Shown in pieces: positions 20,169-30,370 of a DNA stretch of 64,000 nt. The translations under genes were made by a program, and so were the position numbers. Source of the DNA: an uncultured candidatus Porisulfidus sp. (GTDB lineage: Bacteria > Pseudomonadota > Gammaproteobacteria > Poriferisulfidales > Oxydemutatoraceae); assembly GCA_965215125.1 (NCBI GenBank), contig OZ244052.1:1184001-1248000 (forward strand), written 5' to 3'. A model generated the notes under the pieces. That model was not told the DNA's origin. It was given only the letters and a program-made list of their open reading frames with translations, and did not search any database. Positions within the stretch are counted from its first letter, which is position 1. Every line of letters begins with the position of its first letter.

Positions 20169-23100
20169 ATGACGAAGGAATTAGAAATCACGCTTCGGCA
20201 GAGAGAGATATACTGCAGGCTAAAAAACCATGAAGTTACAAAACAATTTTGTGTTGATGAATGGTACCTTGGGGCACTACACGCTTTAGATAATCCCCGT
20301 AATCCTGATAGATTTTCTCAAGCGGCACATTCTTTAAGAGAACTAATAATGAAATTGAAATTGCAGTCAAAATTAGGAACTTGTTATGGAGTCCTTAGTA
20401 AGATTGCCCACTATGAACTTCTTTTGGGAAAAGAGAAGCAATTCAAAGACAATATGGAAAAGCTAGAAGAATATCTTATTGAGAACCTTCAAAATGAAAA
20501 AATAGAAAACAACTTTGATAACCAGAAATTTATTACCAAAAGCTATAGTACAAACTTGGAACTTACATCTCAACAAGAAGACCTGTACAACTTTCTAAAA
20601 GACTATGTGGATACAAAAGAATTCTGTTTCAGTGATTTTTATCTTGGGGCGTTATACGCTCTAGATAATTGCCGTAATCCTGATAGATTTTCTCAAGCAG
20701 CCAGTTCTTTAAGAGAGCTGGTGGAGATACACAGAAGTTATGAAACTGGTATTGATAAAAGAAGGAAAGTTCGCAAACCAGAAGCCGCAAAAAAATTACA
20801 TGAACGGAATGATCCAAATATCCGCGTGCTATCTCCAGACATTCAAAAAAGCATACAAAAAGAAGCTGAAGATTTACGCAAAGAACTACAAGATATTACA
20901 CATCATGAACCCATCCCCCCACAGTGCGAATTCAATAGATATATCACAAAGCTAGAGGAAATTTTCCGCCAATTAAAACCTGACATCATAAAAGATAGGA
21001 AAGAACTAAAAAATCTGCTTAATCAATCTGAAATAAATAATGCGGATAAAGAAAAAATATTGCAACTATTAAAACGCGGGAGCAATTTTATATTCTTTTT
21101 TGAAACAATAGATAATGATGAAACATGGCTTTCTTTTCTTGTTATTCATAAAAATGTTTTCTTTTATAAAGTTCCAGACGATATAAGAAATTGGTTCCCA
21201 ATTTTGTATCTTGAAAAAATTTCTGAAAAGAAGCCTAAAGAAGTCGTAGAAATTATTTTAGGATTTCAAGAAACAAATAATTTACTTGTATTAGAAACCA
21301 TTTTCCAAATTGCCCTAAAGACACCATTAGAAGAATCTATTAAGTTAAAAGATTGGGTATTTAATTATCTAAAATTACCAATAATATATCCGGATATTGT
21401 CAATAAACTTATTGAGTATTGGTCAAAGGAAGATATTGGTGGGATAAATACAGGCATGGAACTCATAAAAGAAATTGTGTTTTTTGAAGGTCCTACGAAG
21501 AGCACCGAACCTCATCCCAAACTGCGGGATTGGGAATATTGCGAAATTCTACGGCACGGCGTTTCTTCTGTAAGCAAAAATAAACCTATTGAAGTTGCAC
21601 GGATTCTTATTGAAGCCACAAACAATATGCTAGATATGGAAAGTGGGAAAAGCGATTGTCGCGACACCTCCGGTAGTTGGTGTAAATACCTAGATAAAAT
21701 TGAAGAAAAATGTAAAACCTCAAGAGACCCTATGTGCAAACTTATTCAAACGCTAACTTTCGCCTGCGAACAAGTTTATGGCAAAAAAAGACCTTCAGAA
21801 ATTGAAGAATTAGATCAACTTTTGACTGAACAAAAATGGTTTGTTTTTAGACGGATTCAATATCATTTATACTCTTCAAACTTAAACGAGCAAACAAAAC
21901 CTAAAATCCGAGAACTTATTCTAGGTTATGACTATGGTCGCGAAGATGGGTATGGATACGAATTCCAAAGGATGGTTTGTAGGGCTTGCGAGCATTTCGG
22001 TGAACAACTTTTAGCAAAGAATGAACGACAAAAGATTTTTGATACTATTATGAACGGACCGTCAAAAGAAAGATTTCGCAAGTTTTTAGAATTTCATGGA
22101 CAGGTATTTACAGAATCCTATTTTAATAAAAGAAAGAGGCATTGGCATAGGAAAAGCCTTAGACCGTTTAAGACTGTATTGTTTGGAAAATATGAGAAGT
22201 ACTACGAGGAGTTAGATGCCTCGGATACTAAAAAGATTTCCGATGAGGACTATAGAAATAAATCAGGCGTTTATAAAACTATTTCTAAAAGTCCTATATC
22301 TAAAGAGAAGCTGAAGCAATTCTCAGATCAAGAACTCCTTGAGTATATTAATAGTTATCAAGAAAACGAATTTATTTTAGAAAAGGAAATTTGTATAGAA
22401 ACAGGTGTTAGGGGGCTTACCATAGAATTTGGAAATCTATTTGAAGAATCAATTATTACTGACTCTAGTAGGATTAATTTTTGGCTTGAGAATTTAGAAA
22501 AAATCAAATATCCAACATATATAAGCGTTATATTAGAGAAAATATCAGCGGATGTCAGAGGTGGAAATTTTGAAAAACTTAATATTTGGTTTGAGTTTTG
22601 CAAGAAAATTTTATCTAAATCACCAAAAGAACTTACGATGGATTACTATGGTTCCGTTGTTAACTTTATATCAGCCTGTTTATCGTCGGATAAACAACTA
22701 CCTGCAACGGAGGAAAATTATAAATCATTGTCATCGCTACTAAGTACACTATGCACTGAGGCGGGTTTCAAAATGAGCAAGGACGTTCCTTGGACATTAA
22801 CTAAAGAAGGTAATTTCGAAAAGGATTGGAGAAATGCACATGGTTGTGCTCGATGCCGAGCCTTTAAGATACTTATAGAGTTTGGGCGTTGGATACTTCA
22901 GCATAATATTGTCACCGACATCAAAGCTATAACAACGATTTTAGAAGAGTGCTTTAATAAGCATTTTTTGACTTTGCCGGAAAAGAAAACTTTAGCTAGA
23001 GAGTATCCAAGTATATATGGTTTAGACCCTAAATGGGCTAAAGAGCATAAGTCCAAGTTTTTTCCGCAAGATGATTTGAAATCGTTTAAGAAAATTTTTT

Positions 23101-23885
23101 CTCAATTCTTAGACGCTGACCAGATATGTTTCCAAACATTTGAAATTGTATATGATGAACTTGTCTATTCTATTCAGAATTTGACTGAATTTAAGTATGT
23201 AAAAGATCCCTTTGAGCACCTTATTATTGGCGGAGATGACACTGGTTTTGTCAAGTCATTAGAGGAGTATTTGCTATGTTGTTATATTTATGGAGCATAC
23301 CCTCTTAAAGGCGATGACAGTTTGTTGCAGGAGTATTATCAACAGATACAGAAGATACCGAAAAGACAAGGACCAATTTTTCACACTATGGGACATTTAG
23401 CCAACGATGATACGAGCGATGCAGATCAAGAGATTATACGAAGATTTAAGGATTATTTTGATTGGCGATTTCAAGAAACAGACAAAAAACTAAAAGAAAA
23501 AGAACTAGAACAGTTTGTCTCTTGGCTTCAAGCCGATTGCTTAGATGCTGAATGGAGGCTAGATAATTATTACAAAATTTTAGACTTAAATATTATCCCT
23601 AAAAAAAATATCTGTGGTCAATTAATAAAACTAAATGACCTGCATAAACAGAACACAGATAAAGTTATTGAATGTTTTGAAAAACTCGTCAAATCTATAA
23701 AAGGTAAGACAGAGCCAGAATACCATATGAATGAAAAAGAAATAAAGCCTATTTTGGAAACCGGTCTTGAAAGTAAAAATAAAACCACTCGTGAAAGGGC
23801 TCAAAAAATATGTAGGAATCTTTTAGAGATAAAAGAGCATTCCAGCTGGGTTTCAGAATTGGTCGAAAAATACAATATCAATTAG
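20169..23885 (+). CDS. Hypothetical 1238-aa protein: duplicated N-terminal helical domain plus long helical region; putative defence protein
   Basis: Two copies of YLGAL.ALDN.RNPDRFSQAA.SLREL; SD GAGGTGA overlaps the engB stop; strongly AT-rich. Confidence 0.8.
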   Translation: MTKELEITLRQREIYCRLKNHEVTKQFCVDEWYLGALHALDNPRNPDRFSQAAHSLRELIMKLKLQSKLGTCYGVLSKIAHYELLLGKEKQFKDNMEKLEEYLIENLQNEKIENNFDNQKFITKSYSTNLELTSQQEDLYNFLKDYVDTKEFCFSDFYLGALYALDNCRNPDRFSQAASSLRELVEIHRSYETGIDKRRKVRKPEAAKKLHERNDPNIRVLSPDIQKSIQKEAEDLRKELQDITHHEPIPPQCEFNRYITKLEEIFRQLKPDIIKDRKELKNLLNQSEINNADKEKILQLLKRGSNFIFFFETIDNDETWLSFLVIHKNVFFYKVPDDIRNWFPILYLEKISEKKPKEVVEIILGFQETNNLLVLETIFQIALKTPLEESIKLKDWVFNYLKLPIIYPDIVNKLIEYWSKEDIGGINTGMELIKEIVFFEGPTKSTEPHPKLRDWEYCEILRHGVSSVSKNKPIEVARILIEATNNMLDMESGKSDCRDTSGSWCKYLDKIEEKCKTSRDPMCKLIQTLTFACEQVYGKKRPSEIEELDQLLTEQKWFVFRRIQYHLYSSNLNEQTKPKIRELILGYDYGREDGYGYEFQRMVCRACEHFGEQLLAKNERQKIFDTIMNGPSKERFRKFLEFHGQVFTESYFNKRKRHWHRKSLRPFKTVLFGKYEKYYEELDASDTKKISDEDYRNKSGVYKTISKSPISKEKLKQFSDQELLEYINSYQENEFILEKEICIETGVRGLTIEFGNLFEESIITDSSRINFWLENLEKIKYPTYISVILEKISADVRGGNFEKLNIWFEFCKKILSKSPKELTMDYYGSVVNFISACLSSDKQLPATEENYKSLSSLLSTLCTEAGFKMSKDVPWTLTKEGNFEKDWRNAHGCARCRAFKILIEFGRWILQHNIVTDIKAITTILEECFNKHFLTLPEKKTLAREYPSIYGLDPKWAKEHKSKFFPQDDLKSFKKIFSQFLDADQICFQTFEIVYDELVYSIQNLTEFKYVKDPFEHLIIGGDDTGFVKSLEEYLLCCYIYGAYPLKGDDSLLQEYYQQIQKIPKRQGPIFHTMGHLANDDTSDADQEIIRRFKDYFDWRFQETDKKLKEKELEQFVSWLQADCLDAEWRLDNYYKILDLNIIPKKNICGQLIKLNDLHKQNTDKVIECFEKLVKSIKGKTEPEYHMNEKEIKPILETGLESKNKTTRERAQKICRNLLEIKEHSSWVSELVEKYNIN

Positions 23886-24195
23886 GAAGAGATGTATCTA
23901 CTGGCTTGTTGACCTCGCTTCTTGATTGAGTATCAATATTGGAATATTATCCATTTTTCAATCTTGAATTAACCGAAAATCGCTCTGATTTCCTATAGTT
24001 TATATGCACAACTACCGTTCGTCGGAAAGTTCGGTTATATGCTAAATCTCTATGCTAGAATGGCACGACCGACAAAAATTAGGCTATAAATCTGAAAAAT
24101 GAAGTATAAATTTCGCAATCTATGTGACAACGAATCGTCATATTTTAGTAAATTGAAAGCAGTTTGATTGCAACCGAATATATACGAATAGATAA

Positions 24196-26793
24196 ATGAC
24201 CTATCTTGCACAACCTAAAGAAGACCGTTTTCTGAAAGCACTAGAGTCTCTATTTATCGGTGCCAATGTCGAAGGGGACTCCGGTTTTGTTAACCTGATG
24301 AAAATCAAGCGGGACTACTTCTGCTCTATTCGTCCTCAGTTGATGAAAAAGATTGATCAGCGAACAGAATGGGGGACACACTCTCGTGGAGAATTATTTG
24401 ATAAGCTCTATACTTTTTTTCATCGCTATTTTTGCGAAAGTGGTTCTATCTACTTTAGGCATATTCCGGCATTTTCTAAGGTCTATGAGCGCGTTTATCA
24501 AGACGGACAAGATGTTGCATTGTCGTGGAAAACACAAATGCTCTACTATGTAAAATCCGATGTGTTGGTGCGTTCTATGCCGGTTGAATTAGGCGATGCA
24601 AGTGCGTCTTACGCCACCAGACACTTTTACTTTGATGCCACCGAATGTGAACATAAAAGAAATAATGAGCGGCGTGAATTTATCTTTATTTTCGATAAGG
24701 TGGTAAGCGGAGAAGAGAGAGTCATTCATCTCAAAGTTGATTATTTAGGAAGGAATAGAAAAACGAAAGTAGACGACATTCTTAGAAAATCTCGCAAGGC
24801 AGGGATCAATTTAACCGAGGACGAACTTCAAAAAGCAATGAATGTTTTTCGCCGGCAAACCGAGGTAGATTTTTTTATCAACAAGGATGCGAGGGGCTTT
24901 TTACGCGAACAATTTGACTTATGGGCTTATCAGTATATTTTTCAGGGAGAAACTATCTTTGAGGAACAGAGAATAAAGCAACTTCAGGCAATCAAGGATA
25001 CCGCCTATGATGTTATCGATTTTATCTCGCAGTTTGAGGATGAACTCCGCCGTGTATGGGAAAAGCCGAAGTTTGTGCGCAACCTAAACTATGTGGTGAC
25101 ACTGGATAAATTATCGGACAAAACCCTACAAAAGATAGTTAAGCATAAAGGCGCAAAAGCACAAATAAAAGAATGGTGCGAACTAGGGATGGTGGACGAT
25201 AAATTTTTAATGAAAACGATATTCAACGGGCAGGGAAGGATAGATGATACAAACGGTGTGGGCGCAGACTATAAATTTTTACCGCTGGATACCAAACACT
25301 TCAAAGATTTGGAATTGGAAATCCTGGGTTGCTTGGGAAATTTGGACGAAGCACTAGACGGGGAACTGGTGCATAGCGAGAATTGGCAAGCATTGAACAC
25401 ACTGAAGAAACGCTATAAGGAAAGAGTAAAGTGCATTTATATAGACCCGCCTTATAACACCGAAAAAGATGAATTTTTATATAACGACCGTTACAAACAC
25501 AGTTCTTGGCTGAGTATGATATGTGATAGAGTATCTTGCTCTAAATTTTTCCTTCGAGATATCGGCACTCTTTGGATTAATTTAGATGATGGAGAAATGC
25601 CTAAATTACGTTGCGCATTAGATACTGCTTTTGGGAAAAATTCTTTTATTGGTAATGTTTGTTGGAAAAAGACAAGTGGTGATAACAAGCCTAGCTTTGC
25701 ATTCGTTCATGACAATTTAATTATTTATGGAAGCAAGCCGGAAAGAGCCGATATACCACTTGAAAAACAGGGTGCCTATGCTAATCCGGACAATGATCTT
25801 AGAGGTGATTGGGCACCAACAGATTACCGCTCAAAGTGGACAAAGGAAGAGAGACCTAATCTTTATTACGGGATACGCCAACCTAATACCGGCGAGATTA
25901 TTTATCCTGATTCATACTCCGACTCGCCGAGAGTTTGGGGCTGTAGTAGGACTTCTCACAAAAAAAACGAAGAGAATAGCATGATTTGGTGGGGTCAAAA
26001 CGGATTGTCTAAAGAACCTAAAAAAAAGAGGTTTTTACTAGAACATGAGGGCATTAATATCAGAAGTATTTGGGATGATGCCGGTTCTAACGATTCTGCC
26101 TCTAACGAGTTAAGAGGATTATTTGGTCAAAAGATTAATGACCGTCTCAATCCGAAGCCGAAAGAGTTAATTCAGAAGATATCCTCTTTTGTTTTACTTG
26201 AAGATGAAATTATTTGCGACTACTTCGCCGGTTCCGGCACTACTGCGCATGCAGTAATCAACCTAAATCGCGAAGACGGAGGAAATAGAAAATACTTGTT
26301 AATTGAAATGGGCGAGTATTTTCATACCGTCCTATTGCCGCGCATCAAAAAAGTCGTTTATTCGAAAGATTGGAAGGATGGAGAGCCGGTTTCTCGTCAA
26401 GGTAGTAGCCATTGCTTCAAATACTACGCACTGGAACAATACGAAGAAACATTAAGGAATTCAGGCTATAAAGATGGCAAGCAATTAGAATTGGACAGTG
26501 CCAAATCTCCGTTTGAGCAATATGTGTTTTTCGGCGACGACAAACTTGCTTACTGTATTGAGCCGTTAAAGAACGGCAAACTGAAAATCAATTTGCACCA
26601 ACTCTATCCCGATATTGATGTTGCAGAATCCCTCGCCAATATTTTAGGCAAACAAATTCGCAAGCGCACCGCGGATAATGTGACTTTTGCCGATGGTAGT
26701 ACCGAAAAAATAGATCCGGCAAAGATGAACGAGGAAGAGAAAATGCATTTTATATCGCTGTTAAAACCTTATTTATGGTGGGGCAGTGAATGA
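24196..26793 (+). CDS. Type III restriction-modification methyltransferase (Mod)
   Basis: IYIDPPYNT before DYFAGSGTT (beta class), followed by res with GTGA/ATGA-type overlap. Confidence 0.9.
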   Translation: MTYLAQPKEDRFLKALESLFIGANVEGDSGFVNLMKIKRDYFCSIRPQLMKKIDQRTEWGTHSRGELFDKLYTFFHRYFCESGSIYFRHIPAFSKVYERVYQDGQDVALSWKTQMLYYVKSDVLVRSMPVELGDASASYATRHFYFDATECEHKRNNERREFIFIFDKVVSGEERVIHLKVDYLGRNRKTKVDDILRKSRKAGINLTEDELQKAMNVFRRQTEVDFFINKDARGFLREQFDLWAYQYIFQGETIFEEQRIKQLQAIKDTAYDVIDFISQFEDELRRVWEKPKFVRNLNYVVTLDKLSDKTLQKIVKHKGAKAQIKEWCELGMVDDKFLMKTIFNGQGRIDDTNGVGADYKFLPLDTKHFKDLELEILGCLGNLDEALDGELVHSENWQALNTLKKRYKERVKCIYIDPPYNTEKDEFLYNDRYKHSSWLSMICDRVSCSKFFLRDIGTLWINLDDGEMPKLRCALDTAFGKNSFIGNVCWKKTSGDNKPSFAFVHDNLIIYGSKPERADIPLEKQGAYANPDNDLRGDWAPTDYRSKWTKEERPNLYYGIRQPNTGEIIYPDSYSDSPRVWGCSRTSHKKNEENSMIWWGQNGLSKEPKKKRFLLEHEGINIRSIWDDAGSNDSASNELRGLFGQKINDRLNPKPKELIQKISSFVLLEDEIICDYFAGSGTTAHAVINLNREDGGNRKYLLIEMGEYFHTVLLPRIKKVVYSKDWKDGEPVSRQGSSHCFKYYALEQYEETLRNSGYKDGKQLELDSAKSPFEQYVFFGDDKLAYCIEPLKNGKLKINLHQLYPDIDVAESLANILGKQIRKRTADNVTFADGSTEKIDPAKMNEEEKMHFISLLKPYLWWGSE

Positions 26794-29783
26794 CCGCCAG
26801 CCTTGAATCTATAGTCCAATCCCTCAATTACGCCGAATTGCCGGAAACTTGGTGGGTGCCGGATATTTACACATTTTCGCAAAGTAAAAAGCTATACGAC
26901 TATCAACGTTCGGCTATGGAAAAGGCTGCGTGTGCACTTTTTAAGTATTACGGTAGCGAATGTGATTGGGCAGACGGTGAATCGGAAGACATCAACAGCT
27001 GGCGCAAACGCCATTTTTTGAGTTCATATCTCGCCTCGCAGTTTTCCGATATACCTAAATACGAGAGACGCAACGACAAAAAATACGATAAACAAAATGA
27101 AGTTTTTCGTATTTTATCCGAGTATATCGAACCTGCCGGAGATTCTATTTCGTATCACCATTTGATTAACCGAATGTGCTTTTGGATGGCAACCGGAAGC
27201 GGTAAAACTTTGGTGATGATTAAACTGATAGAGTATCTGCATTTTTTACAACGACATAAAGAAATCCCGAACCATCGCATGCTGATACTTGCCCCGAGTA
27301 AGCATTTACTAAAACAAATCAGGCACACGATAGACGAGTTTAATCAATCGCGTGATTTAACCATCAACTTAATAGATTTACGCAAGAGTGATCTCCAATA
27401 TCAAGGACAATTGGGCGATATGATTCCGGTGTATTATCATCGTAGCGATAACATTTCCGATGTACAGAAAGAGGCTCTGACCGATTACCGAGAGTATCAA
27501 AACGACGGCAAATGGTTTATCTTTCTGGACGAAGCACATAAAGGCACCAAAGAAGATTCTAAGCGTCAAGCGTATTATGCGGTGATGGCACGGGCAGGGT
27601 TTCTCTTTAATTTTTCGGCAACTTTTACCGATAAAGAAGATATTGCTACAACGGTTAAGAAATACAATTTGGAGGAGTTTATAAAAAACGGACACGGGAA
27701 AAACATCTATCTGAACAAAAGCGAGTATTCTGCGTTTAGAGACAGAAGGGAAGAGATTAGTTCTAAGGAGAGACGAAAAATTGTTTTGAAATCGCTAATC
27801 ACACTGGCGTATGTTTCCGAGAAGGTACATAAATTGCGTGACGATACCGGCTTGGGAGACGACCTGTATCATTTGCCGTTGATGTTGACCTTGGTCAATT
27901 CGGTTAATACGGACATTGACAGAGAGCAAAACGATTTATGGACATTTTTTGAGACTTTGCGAGATATTGCCACCGGCGAAATTGATCAGGGGCTTTTTGC
28001 AGAGGCGAGAGACGAACTGATTACCGATTGGCAAGAAGCCAAACTGATTTTCGGAGCAGACGGCAAAGCCATTATCGGCGACAGCCGAGAAGCCATTAAA
28101 ACAATGACTATCTCCAAGTTAAGAAAAATGGTGTTTCTCAAATCAAGGAAAGGTACATTGCAGTATGTGCGTAGTAAAGATAGCAAAGAATTAGCATTTC
28201 AGATGAAAAATGCAGACTTCCCGTTTGCGCTGATACGCATAGGAGACACATCTAAGTGGCGTAATAGATTTTTAGCCGGTTATGAGGAAACGACTACTTT
28301 ACAAGAGACATCTTTTTTTGAGAGTTTAGAGAAAAAACCTATTACTATTCTGATGGGTTCTCGCTCATTTTTTGAAAGCTGGGATTCTAATCGTCCGAAC
28401 ATAATCAACTTCATCAACATCGGAGGCACGGATGCCAAGAAATTTGTTGTACAGTCGGTCGGTCGCGGTGTGCGTATTCAACCGTTGCCCGGCAAGCGTA
28501 GGCGTCTGGAGCAATTACTTCCATCTCCCGACTTAGAGGAAGGCATCAAAAAAAAGCTGGTAGCGTGCGCCAATGAAGTGATGCCAATTGAAACATTGTT
28601 TTTGTTTGCGACTAATCGCAAAGCAATCATTGCTGTTTTGGAGGGATTGCAAACCGAAGAGGGAGCGTCTTTTGAATTGTTGGAAGGGTTTGAACCGGCA
28701 CCGAAACCGAAAATCAGTGATGCCGATAATGAGATGCCGTTATTGGTTCCTGAATATCGGGAAATGACCCCAGATGTGGAGGAATTGCCGAAGTTCAGAA
28801 TGAGTGAGCGGACATTAAACAGATTTAGACAATGGTTTGACGAAACTTCAAGTTCGGTATCGATTGTTCGGGATAGATTGACGGCACCGCAACTTTCTAA
28901 ATTGGAGGCTGTGCTTAAACAAGAAGACAGTATAGAAATTAATGAAAGCAAAAACTACGACCAACTATCTTTTCTACAAAAGAGGCTTTTATCCCATATT
29001 GACGAAAAAGTGCAAGAAACCGACGGAGTTAGAGAGATTAAAGAGAAGGGAGGAAAGGAGGATATCGTCCATTTCCGAAAAATTTGCGTAGAGGCAGCAC
29101 ACGCCAGAGGATTGCAAGAGAAAATAAATGCAGTCAAGGCAGGCAGAACACTTAACGAAAATCTACCGGAGTTGTTTGAGGAATTTAATAAAGGGGTGAT
29201 TACTCGCGAAGAGCTACAGGTAAAACTTGCAGGACAAGAAAAGGACGAATACGACGACTTTCAAAACGGCAAATTGCGTATAAAACAGATTTCTAATCAT
29301 TATTATCTGCCGGTTGTGCTGGGATACGAACGGGCGGACTATATAAAGCATATTATAAAAGTAAAAAGTGAGATCGCATTTATCGATAGATTGGAAAAAT
29401 GGACTGCGACAAACAACAATGGTATATGGGACGCATGGATGTTTAGTAAAGTAGACGAATCCTTAGACAAGATTTATATACCGTACTTCAGTGAGTCAAA
29501 TTCCCATAGCTGCTTTTTCCCGGATTTTATTTTCTGGATGTGCAAAGGCAATAAATATCAAATTGTGTTTGTTGATCCCAAAGGGACGGCACACACAAAT
29601 GCCTATCACAAAATAGACGGCTATAAGAAATTATTCGGACCGATAGAAACCCCGAAATCATTTAGCTACCTTAAAAAATGGGAGATAACTACCAAACTTT
29701 TAATGTTTAATCCCGAGAGGTCTCCGGCGGAAGCGTATGAAAAATACTGGACGGACGAGATAGATAAAATTTTTGAAGGCTAG
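26790..29783 (+). CDS. Type III restriction endonuclease/helicase (Res)
   Basis: MATGSGKT, DEAH, FSAT, QSVGRGVR, C-terminal FFPDF...VDPKG nuclease. Confidence 0.9.
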   Translation: MTASLESIVQSLNYAELPETWWVPDIYTFSQSKKLYDYQRSAMEKAACALFKYYGSECDWADGESEDINSWRKRHFLSSYLASQFSDIPKYERRNDKKYDKQNEVFRILSEYIEPAGDSISYHHLINRMCFWMATGSGKTLVMIKLIEYLHFLQRHKEIPNHRMLILAPSKHLLKQIRHTIDEFNQSRDLTINLIDLRKSDLQYQGQLGDMIPVYYHRSDNISDVQKEALTDYREYQNDGKWFIFLDEAHKGTKEDSKRQAYYAVMARAGFLFNFSATFTDKEDIATTVKKYNLEEFIKNGHGKNIYLNKSEYSAFRDRREEISSKERRKIVLKSLITLAYVSEKVHKLRDDTGLGDDLYHLPLMLTLVNSVNTDIDREQNDLWTFFETLRDIATGEIDQGLFAEARDELITDWQEAKLIFGADGKAIIGDSREAIKTMTISKLRKMVFLKSRKGTLQYVRSKDSKELAFQMKNADFPFALIRIGDTSKWRNRFLAGYEETTTLQETSFFESLEKKPITILMGSRSFFESWDSNRPNIINFINIGGTDAKKFVVQSVGRGVRIQPLPGKRRRLEQLLPSPDLEEGIKKKLVACANEVMPIETLFLFATNRKAIIAVLEGLQTEEGASFELLEGFEPAPKPKISDADNEMPLLVPEYREMTPDVEELPKFRMSERTLNRFRQWFDETSSSVSIVRDRLTAPQLSKLEAVLKQEDSIEINESKNYDQLSFLQKRLLSHIDEKVQETDGVREIKEKGGKEDIVHFRKICVEAAHARGLQEKINAVKAGRTLNENLPELFEEFNKGVITREELQVKLAGQEKDEYDDFQNGKLRIKQISNHYYLPVVLGYERADYIKHIIKVKSEIAFIDRLEKWTATNNNGIWDAWMFSKVDESLDKIYIPYFSESNSHSCFFPDFIFWMCKGNKYQIVFVDPKGTAHTNAYHKIDGYKKLFGPIETPKSFSYLKKWEITTKLLMFNPERSPAEAYEKYWTDEIDKIFEG

Positions 29784-29831
29784 GGAATTCGGCAAAGGGT
29801 GTGCAAGGCGCGGTAGCTTGCCGGCTACCGC

Positions 29832-30016
29832 ACAAAACCGACAAGCTAAAACGCAACGAAGCGGCACGATGCCTGCAAAAAACATCGGCAACATTAACCG
29901 ATTATCATGCATCGGCACAGCTGTTCTCCGCACAGAGCGGACAGGGCGTTGCGAAGGCTCGAGATCAGCTCTCCGCATGGTTAGAAATGGGGGAGCTGTC
30001 TGAGCACTTGACTTAA
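29832..30016 (+). pseudogene. Duplicated 3' fragment of engB (right boundary repeat)
   Basis: Encodes KTDKLKRNEAARCLQK...LSAWL without the N-terminal GTPase motifs. Confidence 0.85.
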
Positions 30017-30080
30017 TAATAACATTATTATAGTATTATAGTTTTAATAATATACTTAAATAATACTATAATGTTATTAA
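30008..30080 (+). promoter_or_regulatory. Sigma70-type promoter with overlapping inverted repeat (putative HipB operator)
   Basis: TTGACT 30008-13, 17-bp spacer, TAGTAT 30031-36; attatagtatta (30027) and taatactataat (30061) are inverted. Confidence 0.55.
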
Positions 30081-30370
30081 GCACTGCAAAAGCTCAACAA
30101 CAGCTCAGGGAGTATATCAAAGCTCGGCGGCTTGCTGTAGGTTTGACACAGCAAGGTCTGGCTTTGCGTTCGGGCGTCAAGCTACCGACGCTTCGCAAGT
30201 TTGAGCAAACCGGGCTGATTTCGTTAGAGTCTTTCCTAAAGCTATTGATGGTTTTAGGAGGATTGAACAACTTAGTCAGTTCGGTTAAGCCTGATCAAAA
30301 AAAGTTTTCATCCATAGATGAGATTTTAAGTGTTAACGAAAAAACGCCTAAAAGGGGTTGGCGTACATGA
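30071..30370 (+). CDS. XRE-family HTH antitoxin (HipB-like)
   Basis: RLAVGLTQQGLALRSGV...LRKFEQTG; ATGA overlap with hipA. Confidence 0.85.
   Translation: MLLSTAKAQQQLREYIKARRLAVGLTQQGLALRSGVKLPTLRKFEQTGLISLESFLKLLMVLGGLNNLVSSVKPDQKKFSSIDEILSVNEKTPKRGWRT

Larger units (their letters stand above)
19997..29989. mobile_element. ~10-kb defence island bounded by 158-bp direct repeats of the engB 3' end
   Basis: 19997-20154 vs 29832-29989, 12 mismatches by eye, no indels; AT-rich cargo; no integrase visible. Confidence 0.8.

Noticed and set aside
19997-29989. engB repeat pair as a DGR template/variable repeat (11 of 12 mismatches involve A)
   Set aside because: The adenines are split between both copies (about 7 vs 4), many changes are synonymous, and no reverse transcriptase is present
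29700-30016. Short ORFs overlapping the right engB repeat
   Set aside because: Alternative frames of the engB fragment with no independent gene signals
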